Assembly: GCF_963921235.1 (NCBI RefSeq)
Contig: NC_086101.1
Location: forward strand, 7,318,001 to 7,382,000
From: Mobula hypostoma
Lineage: Eukaryota
Direction: 5' to 3'
Length of the DNA: 64,000 nucleotides
The position numbers and the translations under genes are program-made. The notes under the pieces were generated by a model. That model worked only from the letters and a program-made list of their open reading frames with translations, was not told the DNA's origin and made no database searches. Numbering within the stretch: the first letter of the stretch is position 1; each line of letters begins with the position of its first letter. Below are positions 25,661 to 38,499 of this stretch, one piece after another.

Positions 25661-26689
25661 ATAGTAACTTAGATATACTATACTCATTCCCCATTTCCTC
25701 TGTGGTCCAGTGTCCTCAGTATTACTTCTTCTTCACCCCTTTACTTCTTCCAACTATCATCGCCCAGCTTTGTACTGCCTCTCCTCCCTTCCCCACTCAT
25801 TCACCTCCCCACCCTCTTCACCTGGTCTCTCCTCCAGCATTTTGTGTGTGCTGCATTTTCGCTGTTGGTTTCTGTTGTGTTATCGAAGTCTTCACAACTT
25901 CTTGTGGGAATACCAAGTGGGAGGAAGGAATGGTAGGTTGACCAATGGTCTCACGGGCCACGGTTGACCATTAAGCGAATTGAGGTGTTGTGAGTAGAAA
26001 GGAGGGTGATAGTTAGCAGTAGCATAACACTAATCTGTCGTTCACCTACCTACAGAAAAGATGTCAACAAGATTGAAGGAAGACAAAGGAAATTTACAAG
26101 GGTGTTGCCAAGACATGAGGACCTAAGTTATAGCGAAAGGTTGAATAGGTTAGAACTTATCCCCTGGAGTTCAGGAGAGATTTATAAAGGGTATAGATAA
26201 GATAAATGCAAGATGAGGTTGGGGACCAGAATTAGAGGTCAAAGGATAAGGGTGAAAGGTGAAATGTTTAAGAGGGAACTGGGTGGAAACTTCTTCACTC
26301 AGAGGATGGCATGAGTGTGGAACGACCTGCCCGTGGAAGTGGTGGATGCGGATTTGATTAAGAGGATATGGATATAGATGGGAAGGGTATGGAGGGTTAT
26401 GATCCAGGTGTTGGTCAATGGGACTAGGCAGAATAACAGTTCAGCATGGAGCAGATGGGCTGAATGGCCTGTTTCTCCGCTGTAGCTCTCTGTGACTCAA
26501 TGATTCTATGCACAGATAAATACACAATTAGTGGGAGAGAGTGTATGCATTTTGGACCTCCTATCGAGAGAACAATCTGATCTACATCCTCGTTGGGGGA
26601 GAGAAGCAGGAAACTTGGGATTTACGTCCATAGAGTAGTTAAAGGAAATCTCTACCTGTTGATGATCCCTAATCTCATTTACTCTGTAA

Positions 26690-27482
<793 letters not shown>

Positions 27483-27504
27483 TAGCCTATCACAGGACAA
27501 TAAC

Positions 27505-30430
27505 TGGGTACAAATGCAGACAGAGCAAAGAGTTAAATTGTACCGCAGAGGCAAAATTAAAAAGGGCAAAGAACGCAGGGCTGAAGGTCTGTATTTAAAT
27601 GTGCGTAACATTTGGCATAAAGTGGACAAACTTGTGGCACAATTAGAGATTGGCTGGTATGACATTGTGGGCGTCACTATGTCGTGGCTGAAGGAAGGCC
27701 ATAGTTAGGAGCTGAACATCAAATAATATACTTTGTGTCGAAAGGACAGGCAAGAAGACATAGGCGATTATGTGGCTCTGTTGGTAAGAGGTGGAATTAC
27801 GTCTTTAGAAAGAGGTGATATAGGGTCAGAAAATGCTGAATCTTTGTGGGTGGAGTTAAGAAATTGCAAAGGTTAGAAAACCATTATGGGAATCATATAT
27901 AGGCCTCCAAATAGTAGCCAAGATTTGGGGTTGAGATTGCAAAGGGAGATGGAAAAGTCATGTGATAAAGGTAATGACACAATTGTAATGGGGGACTTTA
28001 ATATGCAAGGGGATTGGGAAAATCAGGTTGGTGTTGGATCACAAGAGAGGAAGTCTGTTGAATGCCTACGGGGTCCTTTTTAGAGCAGCTTGTGCTTCAG
28101 CCTACTTGGGGAAAGGCTTTCTTAGATTGGGTGTTGTGTAATAATCCAGATCTTATTATGGAGCTTAATGTAAAGGAACTCTTAGGAGGCAGTGATCATA
28201 ATATGATTGAATTCATACTGCAATTTGAGAGGGAGAAGCATAGCTCACATGTGTCGGTATTGTAATGTAATAAAGGGAAATACAAAGACATGAGAGAGGA
28301 ACTTGCCCAGGTGGATTGGAGGAGGATACTGGCGGGGATGACAGCAGAGCAGAGATGGCTGAAGTTACTTGGTATAGTTCACAAGGCACAGAATAGTTAT
28401 GTCCCACAGAGGAAGAAGCTCTCAAATGGCAGGGGAAGAGAACAAGGGCTAACAAAGTAAGTTAAGGACTGTATAAAAGCCAGGGAAAGGGCATATAAGG
28501 TAGCAAAAGTAACTGGAAAGTTGGATGATTGGGAAGCTTTAAAAATCCAACAAAAGGCAACTAAAAAAGCTATAAGGGAAAAGATGAAATATGAGGGAAG
28601 ACTAGCCAATTAAATAAAGTTGGATACAAAAAGCTTTTTCAATTATATAAAGAGTAAAAGGGAGATAAGAGTTGATATTGGACCACTGGAAAATGATGCT
28701 GGTGAGGTAGTAATGGGGGACAAAGAAATGGTAGATGAATTTAACAGGTACTTTGTACCTGTCTTCACTGTGGAAGACACTAGCAGTATGCCAGAGGTCT
28801 GTGAGGGTCAGGGAGCGGGAGTGAGTGCCATTGCTATTACAAAGGTAAAAGTGCCGGGCAAACGCAAAGGACTTAATGTGGATAAGTTATCTGGACCAGA
28901 TGGACTACATCCCAGAGTCCCGAGAGAGGTTGCTGAAGAGATAACGGATGCATTGGTCATGATCTTTCAAGAATCTCCTGATTCTGGCATGGTCCCAGAG
29001 TTCTGGAACATAAATGTCAGTCCACTCTTTAGGAAGGGAGGATGGCAAAAGAAAGGAAATCATAGGTTAGTTAGCCTAAACTCGGTGGTTGGGAAAGTGT
29101 TGGAGTCATTATTAAGGATAAGGTTTCAGGGTACTTGGAGACTAATGATAAAAAAAGTCAAAGTCAGCATGGTTTCTGTATAGGGAAATCTTGCCTGACA
29201 AATCTATTTTGAGTTCTTTGTGGAAGTAACAAGCAAGGTGGACAAAAGAGAGGCAGTGAATGTCACTTACTTGGATTTTCAGAAGACGTTTGATAAAGTG
29301 CCACACATGAGGTTACTTAACACGATAAAATCTCATGGCATTACAGGAAAGATATGGGCATGGATAGCGCAATGGCTGACAGGCAGGAGGCAGAGAGTGG
29401 AAATCAAAGGGGCCTTTTCAGGTTGGCTGCCAGCGACTAGTGCTGTTCCTCAGGGGTCAGTATTAGGACCACTACTTTTCACATTGTTTGTTACTGATTT
29501 AGATAAATGAATTAATGGCTCTGTGGCAAAGTTTGCAGATGATATGAAGATAGGTGGAAGGTAGTGTTGAGGAAGCAATGCGATTGCAGCAGGACGTAGA
29601 CAAATTGGAAGAATGGGCAAAAAAGTATCAGATGGGAAATGTATGCTAATGCATTTTGGTGAAAGGAAAAATAGTGGGGACTATTATCTAAACGGGGAGG
29701 AGGTTCAAACATCAGAGGTACAGAAGGACTTAGGAGTTCTTGTGCAAGACTCCCAGAAGGTTAGTTTACAGGATGAATCTGCGGTAAAGAAGGTAAACGC
29801 AATGTTGGCATTTACTTCAAGGGGAATTGAATATAAAAGCAAGGAGATAATGCTAAGCCTTTATAAGACACTGGTCAGGCTTCACTTGGAGTATTGTCAA
29901 CTGTTTTGGGTCCTATGTCTCAGAAAGGATTTGTTGTCATTGGAGAGGGTCCAGAGGAGGTTCACGAGGATTATTCTGGGAATGAAGGGGTTAATATATG
30001 AGGAGAGTTTGGCAGCTTTGGGCCTGTACTCACTGGAAATTAGAGGAATGCTTGGGGATCTCATTGAAACCTACCAAATGTTGAAAGGACTAGATCAGGT
30101 GGATATGGAAGGGATGTTTCCTATGGTAGGGGTGCCTAGAACTAGAGGGCACAGCCTGAAAATTGAGGGGCGATTGTTTGAAACAGAGGTAAGGAGGAAT
30201 TTTTTTTTAGCCAGAGAAAATGCTCTGCCACAGTCTGTGGTGGAGGCAAAGTCCATGCACAAATTTAAGGTGGAAGTTGATTGTTTCCTGATCGGTCAGG
30301 GCATCAATGGATATAGCAGGAAGACAGGTGTACGGGGTTGAGTTGGATCCAGGATCAGGCATAGTGGAATGGCAGTGCAGACTCGATGGGCTGAATGGCC
30401 TAATTCTGCTCCTATGTCTCATGGCCTTAT
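27505..30430 (+). mobile_element. CR1 LINE, whole ORF2 span, decayed, intronic
   Basis: APE start LYLNVRNIWHKVDKL through RT ([12 protein letters not shown]) to 3' UTR; many stops. Confidence 0.95.
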
Positions 30431-30689
30431 GGACGGTTCCCACGTGACCAATTTACCAACTAACTGGCACATCTTTGTAATGTGGGAGTAAGCCAGAGCA
30501 CCCAGATGAAACCAACCAGTTTCACAGTGAGTTTCACAACCTCCTTCCAAGTGACGTTCAAACTGATCTTCAAACTGAGACACCCCAAGTTGTACTAGCA
30601 CTGCGCTAACCACTACCTTACCATGGTGCCCACCCTCTCCCAATAAAGTGAATAAAGCTGATCCCTCACAACTCCACTGAACCTGGTTC

Positions 30690-32090
30690 AGTCCTGGTCA
30701 GACCACAGTGGGCGCATTGTGGTCACCTCATTATGGGAAGATTGTGAGAGCTTTAGAGAGGCCACAGAGGATTTGAGAGCATGTCTCATGAGGACAGGTT
30801 GATTTACCTAAGGCTTTTCTCTTTGGAGAGAAGGAGGATGAGAGGTGATTTGGTTGAGGTGTACACGATGATAGATGGAGTGGACAGCAGAGATTTTAAA
30901 AATGAGTGACAATGGCTAATATGAGGTAACATGATTTCAAGGTGATTGGAGGAATGTATAGATACAATGCCAGGGGTAGTTTTTTTTTTAGCAGAGTGGT
31001 AGGTGTATACTGCCAGGTATGGTGGTAGAGGTAGATACATCAGGGGTCTTTAAGAGATAGACACATGGGTGAAAGAGAAATGGAGGAGTATGTGAGTGGG
31101 AAGGTTAGATTGATCTTGGAATAAGATAAAAGAGTTGGCACAACACCACAGGCTGAAGAACCTGTACTGTGCTTTATTGTAATATATTTTATGTTCTGAT
31201 CTTCAGTACTGTCTATGTGGAGTTTGCGTGCTCTCTTCATGACCATAGGGTGGGCTGGGGTACTTCAGGAAGCTTCAGTTTCCTCCGAACACCCGTCCAC
31301 TATACATTCAATGCAGGTGGGTGATGGAATTGGTGGAATGTGAAGAGAATGGGTTATACGGGAGATTCGAGCGTGAATGGAATTGATCTAAGGGTCGGCA
31401 TTGACTCGCTGGGCTGGACAGCCTTTTCCTATTTCATAAAGGAATTTATAGTGAAAATCCCGTCACGGGTAGGCAGGGTGTTGAAGAAGACATTTGGCAT
31501 GCTGGCCTTTGTCAGTCAGGGCGTTGAGCATTAGCAGTTGGCGCATTGTGTATCATTTGGACAAGACATTGTCGAGGCCGCACTTTGATTGTTGTGCAAG
31601 AGGTGCCCCCCACACCCCTGTTATCGGAAAGAAAGATGTCAATATGCTGGAAATAATGCAAAGAAGGCTTACAAGAATATTCTTGGGACTCGAGGCCCAG
31701 AGTTATAGAGAGAAGTTAGGGAGGCTGAGAATTTATTGCTTGGTGCCTAGGGGACTGAGGAGTGACCTTACAACGGTGCACAGATAAGGTCTTTTATTAC
31801 AATGAAGGAGAACAAAGAACTAGAGGGCATTAGATTAAAATAAGAGGGGGAGGGACTCGAGGTGGTAATCTCTTCACACAGAAGGTGGTCTGTATATGGA
31901 GTGAGCTGCCAGGGGAAGCTGAGGCAGGTAGAAACGACTGTTAGTCATGCTCATGGATAGGAAAGGTTTAGAGGGAAATGGGGGCGGGGGCGGGTGTGTA
32001 GGGGGGGGGGGGTTGGAACTAGCTTAGATGGGCATCTTGATCGGCATGGTCCAGTTGGGCCGAGAGCTGCATGATTCGATGTCAATGATA
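30690..32090 (+). mobile_element. Old CR1 3' fragments with an intervening SINE relic
   Basis: Decayed CR1 C-terminal sequence at ~30690-31200 and ~31460-32090. Confidence 0.7.
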
Positions 32091-32362
32091 CACTACATTT
32101 ATTAGGCAAATGGACGAAGGAAAAATGGACAAAGATGCGGGAGGGAAAGGTTGGGTTGTTTTGGAGAACAAGTTCAAGTTGATTGTCTGTAAATATGTAC
32201 AGCCAAACGAAATAATGCTCCTCCAGACCACAGTGCACCCACACACAAAAAAAAATCACACAGCATATACCAAAATATCACCATGAATACGTTAATAAAA
32301 TATAATTCGAAATGCATGCGGTGGGCGGCACGGGTAAACAGTGAGTTGTAAGGTGGTTATAA

Positions 32363-32644
<282 letters not shown>

Positions 32645-33303
32645 CGCGGCTTCCCGCCGCCCGCCGACTTCTCCGCGCCCCCGCACCCGGGCGCCGCTGC
32701 GCAGGAATTCCTTGACAAAACTTCACCGCACCACTCTCCCTCCCCACCCTCCCTCTCTCCCCCTCACTCCCTCCCACCGATTCCAGAGCCCATCCCACTC
32801 CTGGTCTGTATGTAACCAACCATCCGCGCGACAAACAGCTCATCGGTCTTGCCAAAAAAATATCAGCCATCTATTTAACTCGGCTGGCTACAGCGACAGG
32901 ATGGAAAACTTCTTTCCCCTCTGTCCTCACGTGTTTAGTTTAAATGCAGACAGATACTATAAACCCCAAAACTACTGGCTCAAGGGCGGGAGGGTGGGGG
33001 GAGCGAACGTGGGTGGAGGGGTGGCGATGTGGCTTCGGAGAGAGACAGCCTTTGGCCTTTGGGTGGGTCAGGGATTGGTGGTTCAGGTTGGGGGATAGTT
33101 GCTTTTTGGCAAACTCAGAAGCCTGTTCATTGGTGATGGGACCTATCCGTACGACAGTATAATTTGGAAGCCTTCAGGAGGGAAACCTCCCGCTGAAGGA
33201 ACTCAGCGAGCGGCTGTGGATACGCAAAACATGACTGTCATCGCGGTTCCAATTTCTAAGAAGAAGCTAAAACTTGCTTTTCCATCTGGATGACCTGTTT
33301 TGT

Positions 33304-33309
33304 AATAAA
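33304..33309 (+). terminator. Candidate polyadenylation signal AATAAA for PRRT1
   Basis: First AATAAA I can see after the stop codon (~660 nt downstream); no clear GU-rich downstream element, so usage is unproven. Confidence 0.3.
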
Positions 33310-33809
33310 CTCGGGCGATGTAGGCCGACGGGACCTTAGCAAGAATACCGCCGCTCACAAAACGTACACTTGGATCTTCTCACGCACGGACACTCCACCC
33401 GAGGTTGGCCTACCTACCCTCTCCATCAATGGCTCGGTGGAACCCAGTCTGACGGACAGTCAAACATATTACACCTGGTTGCTTGACTTCGGTTGCCTGT
33501 GGAAGTTACGTTGCATACGCAGCCGGAGTGGGTGACGGACTGAATCCGTCCCAGCAGAACTCAGCTAACGTCCAGCTGGCGTCCAGTTACTGAGGGAATC
33601 TCTGCATATGTTTCTATTCATGATTCGTGAGCGATAACGTTGAAGAATTTGAAGATAGCTTTGAGAGAACTCTGATGCTAATACGAGGACTCCACTGTTT
33701 TGGTCGACACATCTGTTAGCCTTTTTTAAGATTTGGAGGTTTCTCCTCCGGATCAAATTACACCATCTATCTCCCCGCTAAGCAGACGCTGAAAGTTTGG
33801 GCGGTCTTG

Positions 33810-34570
33810 CGTGCGGCATTGTTGTCTTTATTAGGCGAGGCATTTAGCTCAAGAGTCGGGAAGTTATGGTGCAGCTTTATAAATTCTGGTTAGACTGAAT
33901 CAGGAATATTGCATACGGTCTTGACAATCCGCTAGAAGCCTTTGGAGTGGGTGTGGAAGAAGTTTACCAGGATGCGAATTGTATTAAAGGGTATGGGATA
34001 TAGGGAGAGGTTCGGCAAACTTGGATGGCTTTCTCTGGGCATCGAGGCTCAGGTGAGACCTGGGAAATACATAAAAGGCGTAGATTATTAATAACGCCAG
34101 TATCTTTTTCTCTGGACAAAAGTATCTATTTTTGCATTGAAGTAGAGGGGGTAATTTCGAAGTATAAAGCGTTTCATTGCTCTGAGATCGTACTTGCTGG
34201 AGTTTAGAAGAATGGGGGGGTGGAATGTAAATCTCATTGAATCCTACTAAATATTGAAATAGCTAAATAGAGTGGACATGGAGAGGATGTTTCTAACAGT
34301 GAAAGAGGGCTAAACAAGCGGAAACATCATCAGAATTTCTGTTCCTCTTAGAACAGGAATGAGAAGGAATTTATTTAGCCAGAGGATGGTGAATCTCTGA
34401 AGTTCATTGCCACAGGCAGCTGTGGAGTCAGTGGGTATATTTAAAACGGGGATCAAAGGTCATGTGGAGAAGGCAGGGGAATTGGGTTAAGTGAGAAAAC
34501 AAATCAGCCAGTCTCAAATGTTGGAGAAGACTCGATGGGCCGAATGATCCAGTTCTGCTGCTGTGTCTTA
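33810..34570 (+). mobile_element. Old CR1 3' fragments
   Basis: Decayed DNA corresponding to FISRGIEFKSREVMLQLYK...RRFTRM. Confidence 0.7.
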
Positions 34571-35883
34571 CTGACTTCTGGAGATGTGTGGGGCAGAAGT
34601 TTTACACTGCGTGTCTTTTTTTTCCTAGAAAGTGTTGCCAGGGGTGGTGGAAGCAGATATGATGCAACAGGGGATATCTACCTAGGGTCCATGGGTCCCT
34701 CAGTTAAAGGTAGGGGTCCACAGCATAAAAATAGTTGGGAACCCCTGGGGTAGAGGCTGTCAGACAAGTATATGAGCTTGCATTGAATGCAGGGATGCGA
34801 ACCATGATCAGACATAAGGTATACAGTGAGGTGTCGTCAGCTTAACTGGTTCAGCACAATGTCATGGACTGAAGGTCCTCTTTCTGTGTTATAGGGAATC
34901 AAAGGCTAAGGCAGGGGAGATAGTTCTGGGTGCAGGACAAGGGATCAGCCATGGAGGACTGAGATAAGGGGAAATCTCTTCACTCTAACTGTCGTGGGCA
35001 TTTGGAATATTCTGCCGCCGAGAAGACTGAATGTTCAGTAAATTCAAATGTTGAAAATTTTTAGCAGATTTTAAGGTGTTCAGATCTGGCTCTGTCTTAT
35101 TGAATGGTGAAGTCTGGCTTGAGGGACCAAATGGCCTCTGAAACTGGTTCTAATTCCAGGGCTAAAAATAATAGGTCACCAGTTGATGGCAATCATTAGT
35201 AAGAAAAGAAAAATGCCAGAACCATTGCTTGGAAACACACAAGATTAGAGATTCTGGAATCAGAGCAAAGCACAGTCTGCCAGATGACCCCAGTGGTGGA
35301 ACAGCATCTGGGGGAGCAAAGGTGTTGTTGAGCTTTTGGGTTAAAACCCTGGACCAGTCCTTTCCCCTACGGATGCTGTCCTACCCGCTGTCCTTCCAGC
35401 AGATTGTTGGTTGCTTGCTGCGAGGATATACATTTTGCGTGCAATGATTGTTTCAAGAGCCCAGTGGAAACAATTCCACTAAGAACTTTCTGAAAAAACT
35501 TGGATCATTTCATGCATGAGAAGAAGTGACAGGCAACATGGCTGGCACAGACAATTTGGGCCAAAGGGCAGTATATGTAGGTAAAGGTTTGACTAACTCT
35601 ATTTCCTGAAGGAGCATTTATAGTTTTTGATGGGTGATTAACTTCCATGTGCACTGCATTTAGAGTGTCATAGAACCACAGAGTGCTATAGCGCTAGTAT
35701 AGGCCCTCTGACCCTTCTAGTCCATGCTAAATTGTTATACTGCCAAGCCCCAAGAAACTGGTGATCTGGCAGCATCTCTGCAGAGAGCAAATATTTCAGG
35801 GAAATGATCTTTGATCAGAACTGGGAAAATTTTAAGATGAAACAAGTTTTAAGTTGAAGGAGAAGAGTCAGAGGGAGGAAGGA

Positions 35884-36990
35884 ATAGACAATAGGTGCAG
35901 GAGTAGGCCATTCAGCCCTTTGAGCCAGCACCTCCATTCACTGTGATCATGGCTGATCATCCACAATCAGTACCCCATTCCTGCCTTGTCCCCATATCCC
36001 ATGACTTTGCTATCATTAAGAGCTCCATCTAACTCTTTCTTGAACGCATCAGAGAATTGGCCTCCACTGCCTTCTGAGGCAGAGCATTCCACAGATCCAC
36101 AACTCTCTGGGTGAAAAAAAATTTTTCCTCAACTCCGTTCTAAATGGCCTACCCCTTATTCTCAAATTGTGGCCTCTGGTTCTGGACTCCCCCAACATCG
36201 GAAACATGTTTCCTGCCTCTAGCGTGTCCAATTCCTTAATAATCTTATATGTTTCAATCAGATCCCGACTCATCCTTCTAAATTCCAGTGTATACAAGCC
36301 CAGTCGTTCCAATCTTTCAACATATGACAGTCCCGCCATCCCAGGAATTAACCTCGTGAACCTACGCTGCATTCCCTCAATAGCAAGAATGTCCTTCCCC
36401 AAATTTGGAGACCAAAACTGCACACAATACTCCAGGTGTGGTCTCACCAGGGCCCTGTACAACTGCAGAAGGACCTCTTTGCTCCTATACTCAACTTCCC
36501 TTGTTATGAAGGCCAACATGCCATTAGCTTTCTTCAATGCCCGCTGTACCTGCCTGCTTACTTTCAGTGACTGATGGACAAGGACACCTAGATCTCATTG
36601 TACTTCCCCTTTTCCTAAATTGACATCACTCAAATAGTAATCTGCTTTCCTGTTCTTGCCACCAAAGTGGATAACCTCACATTTATCCACATTAAACTGC
36701 ATCTGCCCACTCACCCAACCTGTCCAAGTTATCCTGCATTATCTCAAGATCCTCGGCACATTTCACACTGCCACTCAGCTTTGTGTCATCTGCAAATTTG
36801 CTAATGTTACTTTTAATCCCTTCATCTAAATCATTAATGTATATTATAAATAGCTGCAGTCCCAGCACTGAGCCTTGCGGTACCCCACTAGTCACCGCCT
36901 GCCATTCTGAAAGGGAACCGTTAATCCCTACTCTTTGTTTCCTGTCTGCCAACCAATTTTCTATCCATGTCAGTACCCTACCACCAATGA
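35884..36990 (-). mobile_element. CR1 LINE 3' part
   Basis: ORFs 36692-36952 ([17 protein letters not shown]) and 36049-36537. Confidence 0.95.
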
Positions 36991-37221
36991 GAGGTGGAAG
37001 GGAGGAGGAATTGAATGACGGAAGGAATTACAATGAAAGAGTAGAGAAATCCATGAAATAGAACATAATCTGAGCACTAATGAGACCATCAGCTGGAAGA
37101 TCAGGTGCTGAGGCGTAATGTTGGACAAGTGCAGGAAGCCAGGAGGTCAGGGAAAGGTAGGAGGGAGTGACAGGAATCTTAAGGGTGAGGGCTCAACCTT
37201 GGAGACTGAATGAAGATTGAC

Positions 37222-38145
37222 ATCTAGATCAATGATCTGGATGATAGTGTGGTTAAGTGGATCAGCAAATTTGCAGATGGCACCAAGATTTGGAGTGTAG
37301 TGGACAGTGAGGAAGGAATTTCAGAGGGATCTGAAAAATGGTTATGGAAATTAATGCAGACAAGTGTAAGGTTTTGCATTTCGGTAGGACCAACCAGGGT
37401 AGGTCTCTCACAGTGAATGATAGGGCACTGAGGAATGTGGTAGAACAAAGTGATCTGGGAACACAGATCCATAATTCATTGAAAGTGATGTCACAGGTAG
37501 ACTGGGTCGTAAAGAAAGCTTTTGGCATGTTAGCCTTCATAAATCAAGGAATTGAGTGCAGGAAGTGGGATGATATATTGAAGTTGTTTAAGTTGTTGGT
37601 GAGGCCTAATTTGAAGTATTGTGAGCAGTTTTGATCCCCTATCTACAGGAAAGATGTAGGTAAATATGACTGAAAAAGTACAAGGATGTTGCTAGGTCTG
37701 GAAGACCTGAGTTAAAAGGAAAGATTAAATAGGTTAGGACTGTATTCTTTAGAACACAGTAGATTGAGAGGAGATTTGATAGGGTTATTCAAAATTAGTT
37801 GCGGTAGAGATAGGTAAAACGCAAACAGGCTTTTTCCAGGTTGTGCGGGACTACAACCAGAGTTCATGGGTTAAGGGTGAAAGTTGAGAAGTTTAAGGGG
37901 AGTGTTAGGGGAGACTTCTGCACTCAGAGGGTTGTGAGAGTGCAGAATGAGCTGCCAGCACAAGTGGTCCATGGGTGAGCTCGATTTCAATGCTTAAGAG
38001 AAGTTTGGTTACGTACAGGGATGGTAGGGGTATGGAGGGCTATGGACCTAGTGCAGGTCGATTGGAGTAGTCAGTATAAATGGTTTCAGCCTAGACTAGA
38101 TGGGCCAAAGGGCCTGTTTCTGTGCTACACCTCTCTATGGCTCTA
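37222..38145 (+). mobile_element. CR1 LINE 3' part
   Basis: INDLDD...KFADGTK; ORF 37338-37634. Confidence 0.9.
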
Positions 38146-38499
38146 TTTTTCTATGAGTCAATGCAGTCATTCCAAACTGTGTTTGGTTTTCTGATGACAC
38201 CGGAGACCATGTCACAATCATTGACAGTATTTGGATGACAGACAGTAAATGAGCAAGGTTTTTTTTTGCCATTTGTTGGAAGTTGGGATCTAAGTGTTTC
38301 TTGCCATTGAGAAAGAGTTGGCAAGCTTCCTCTTGAGGGGCTGCAGTCCATCTGGTGCTTAAGCAGTTCTTAGAGCAGGAGTCAATGATGAGAACAGAAA
38401 AGCAATGTATTCTAAGTCAAGGTGATATTGTGATTTGAAGCAAAAATTGGAAGTAATGGTATTTATAACTCCTCTGCTCCCACAAGCAGGACCCCGGTA

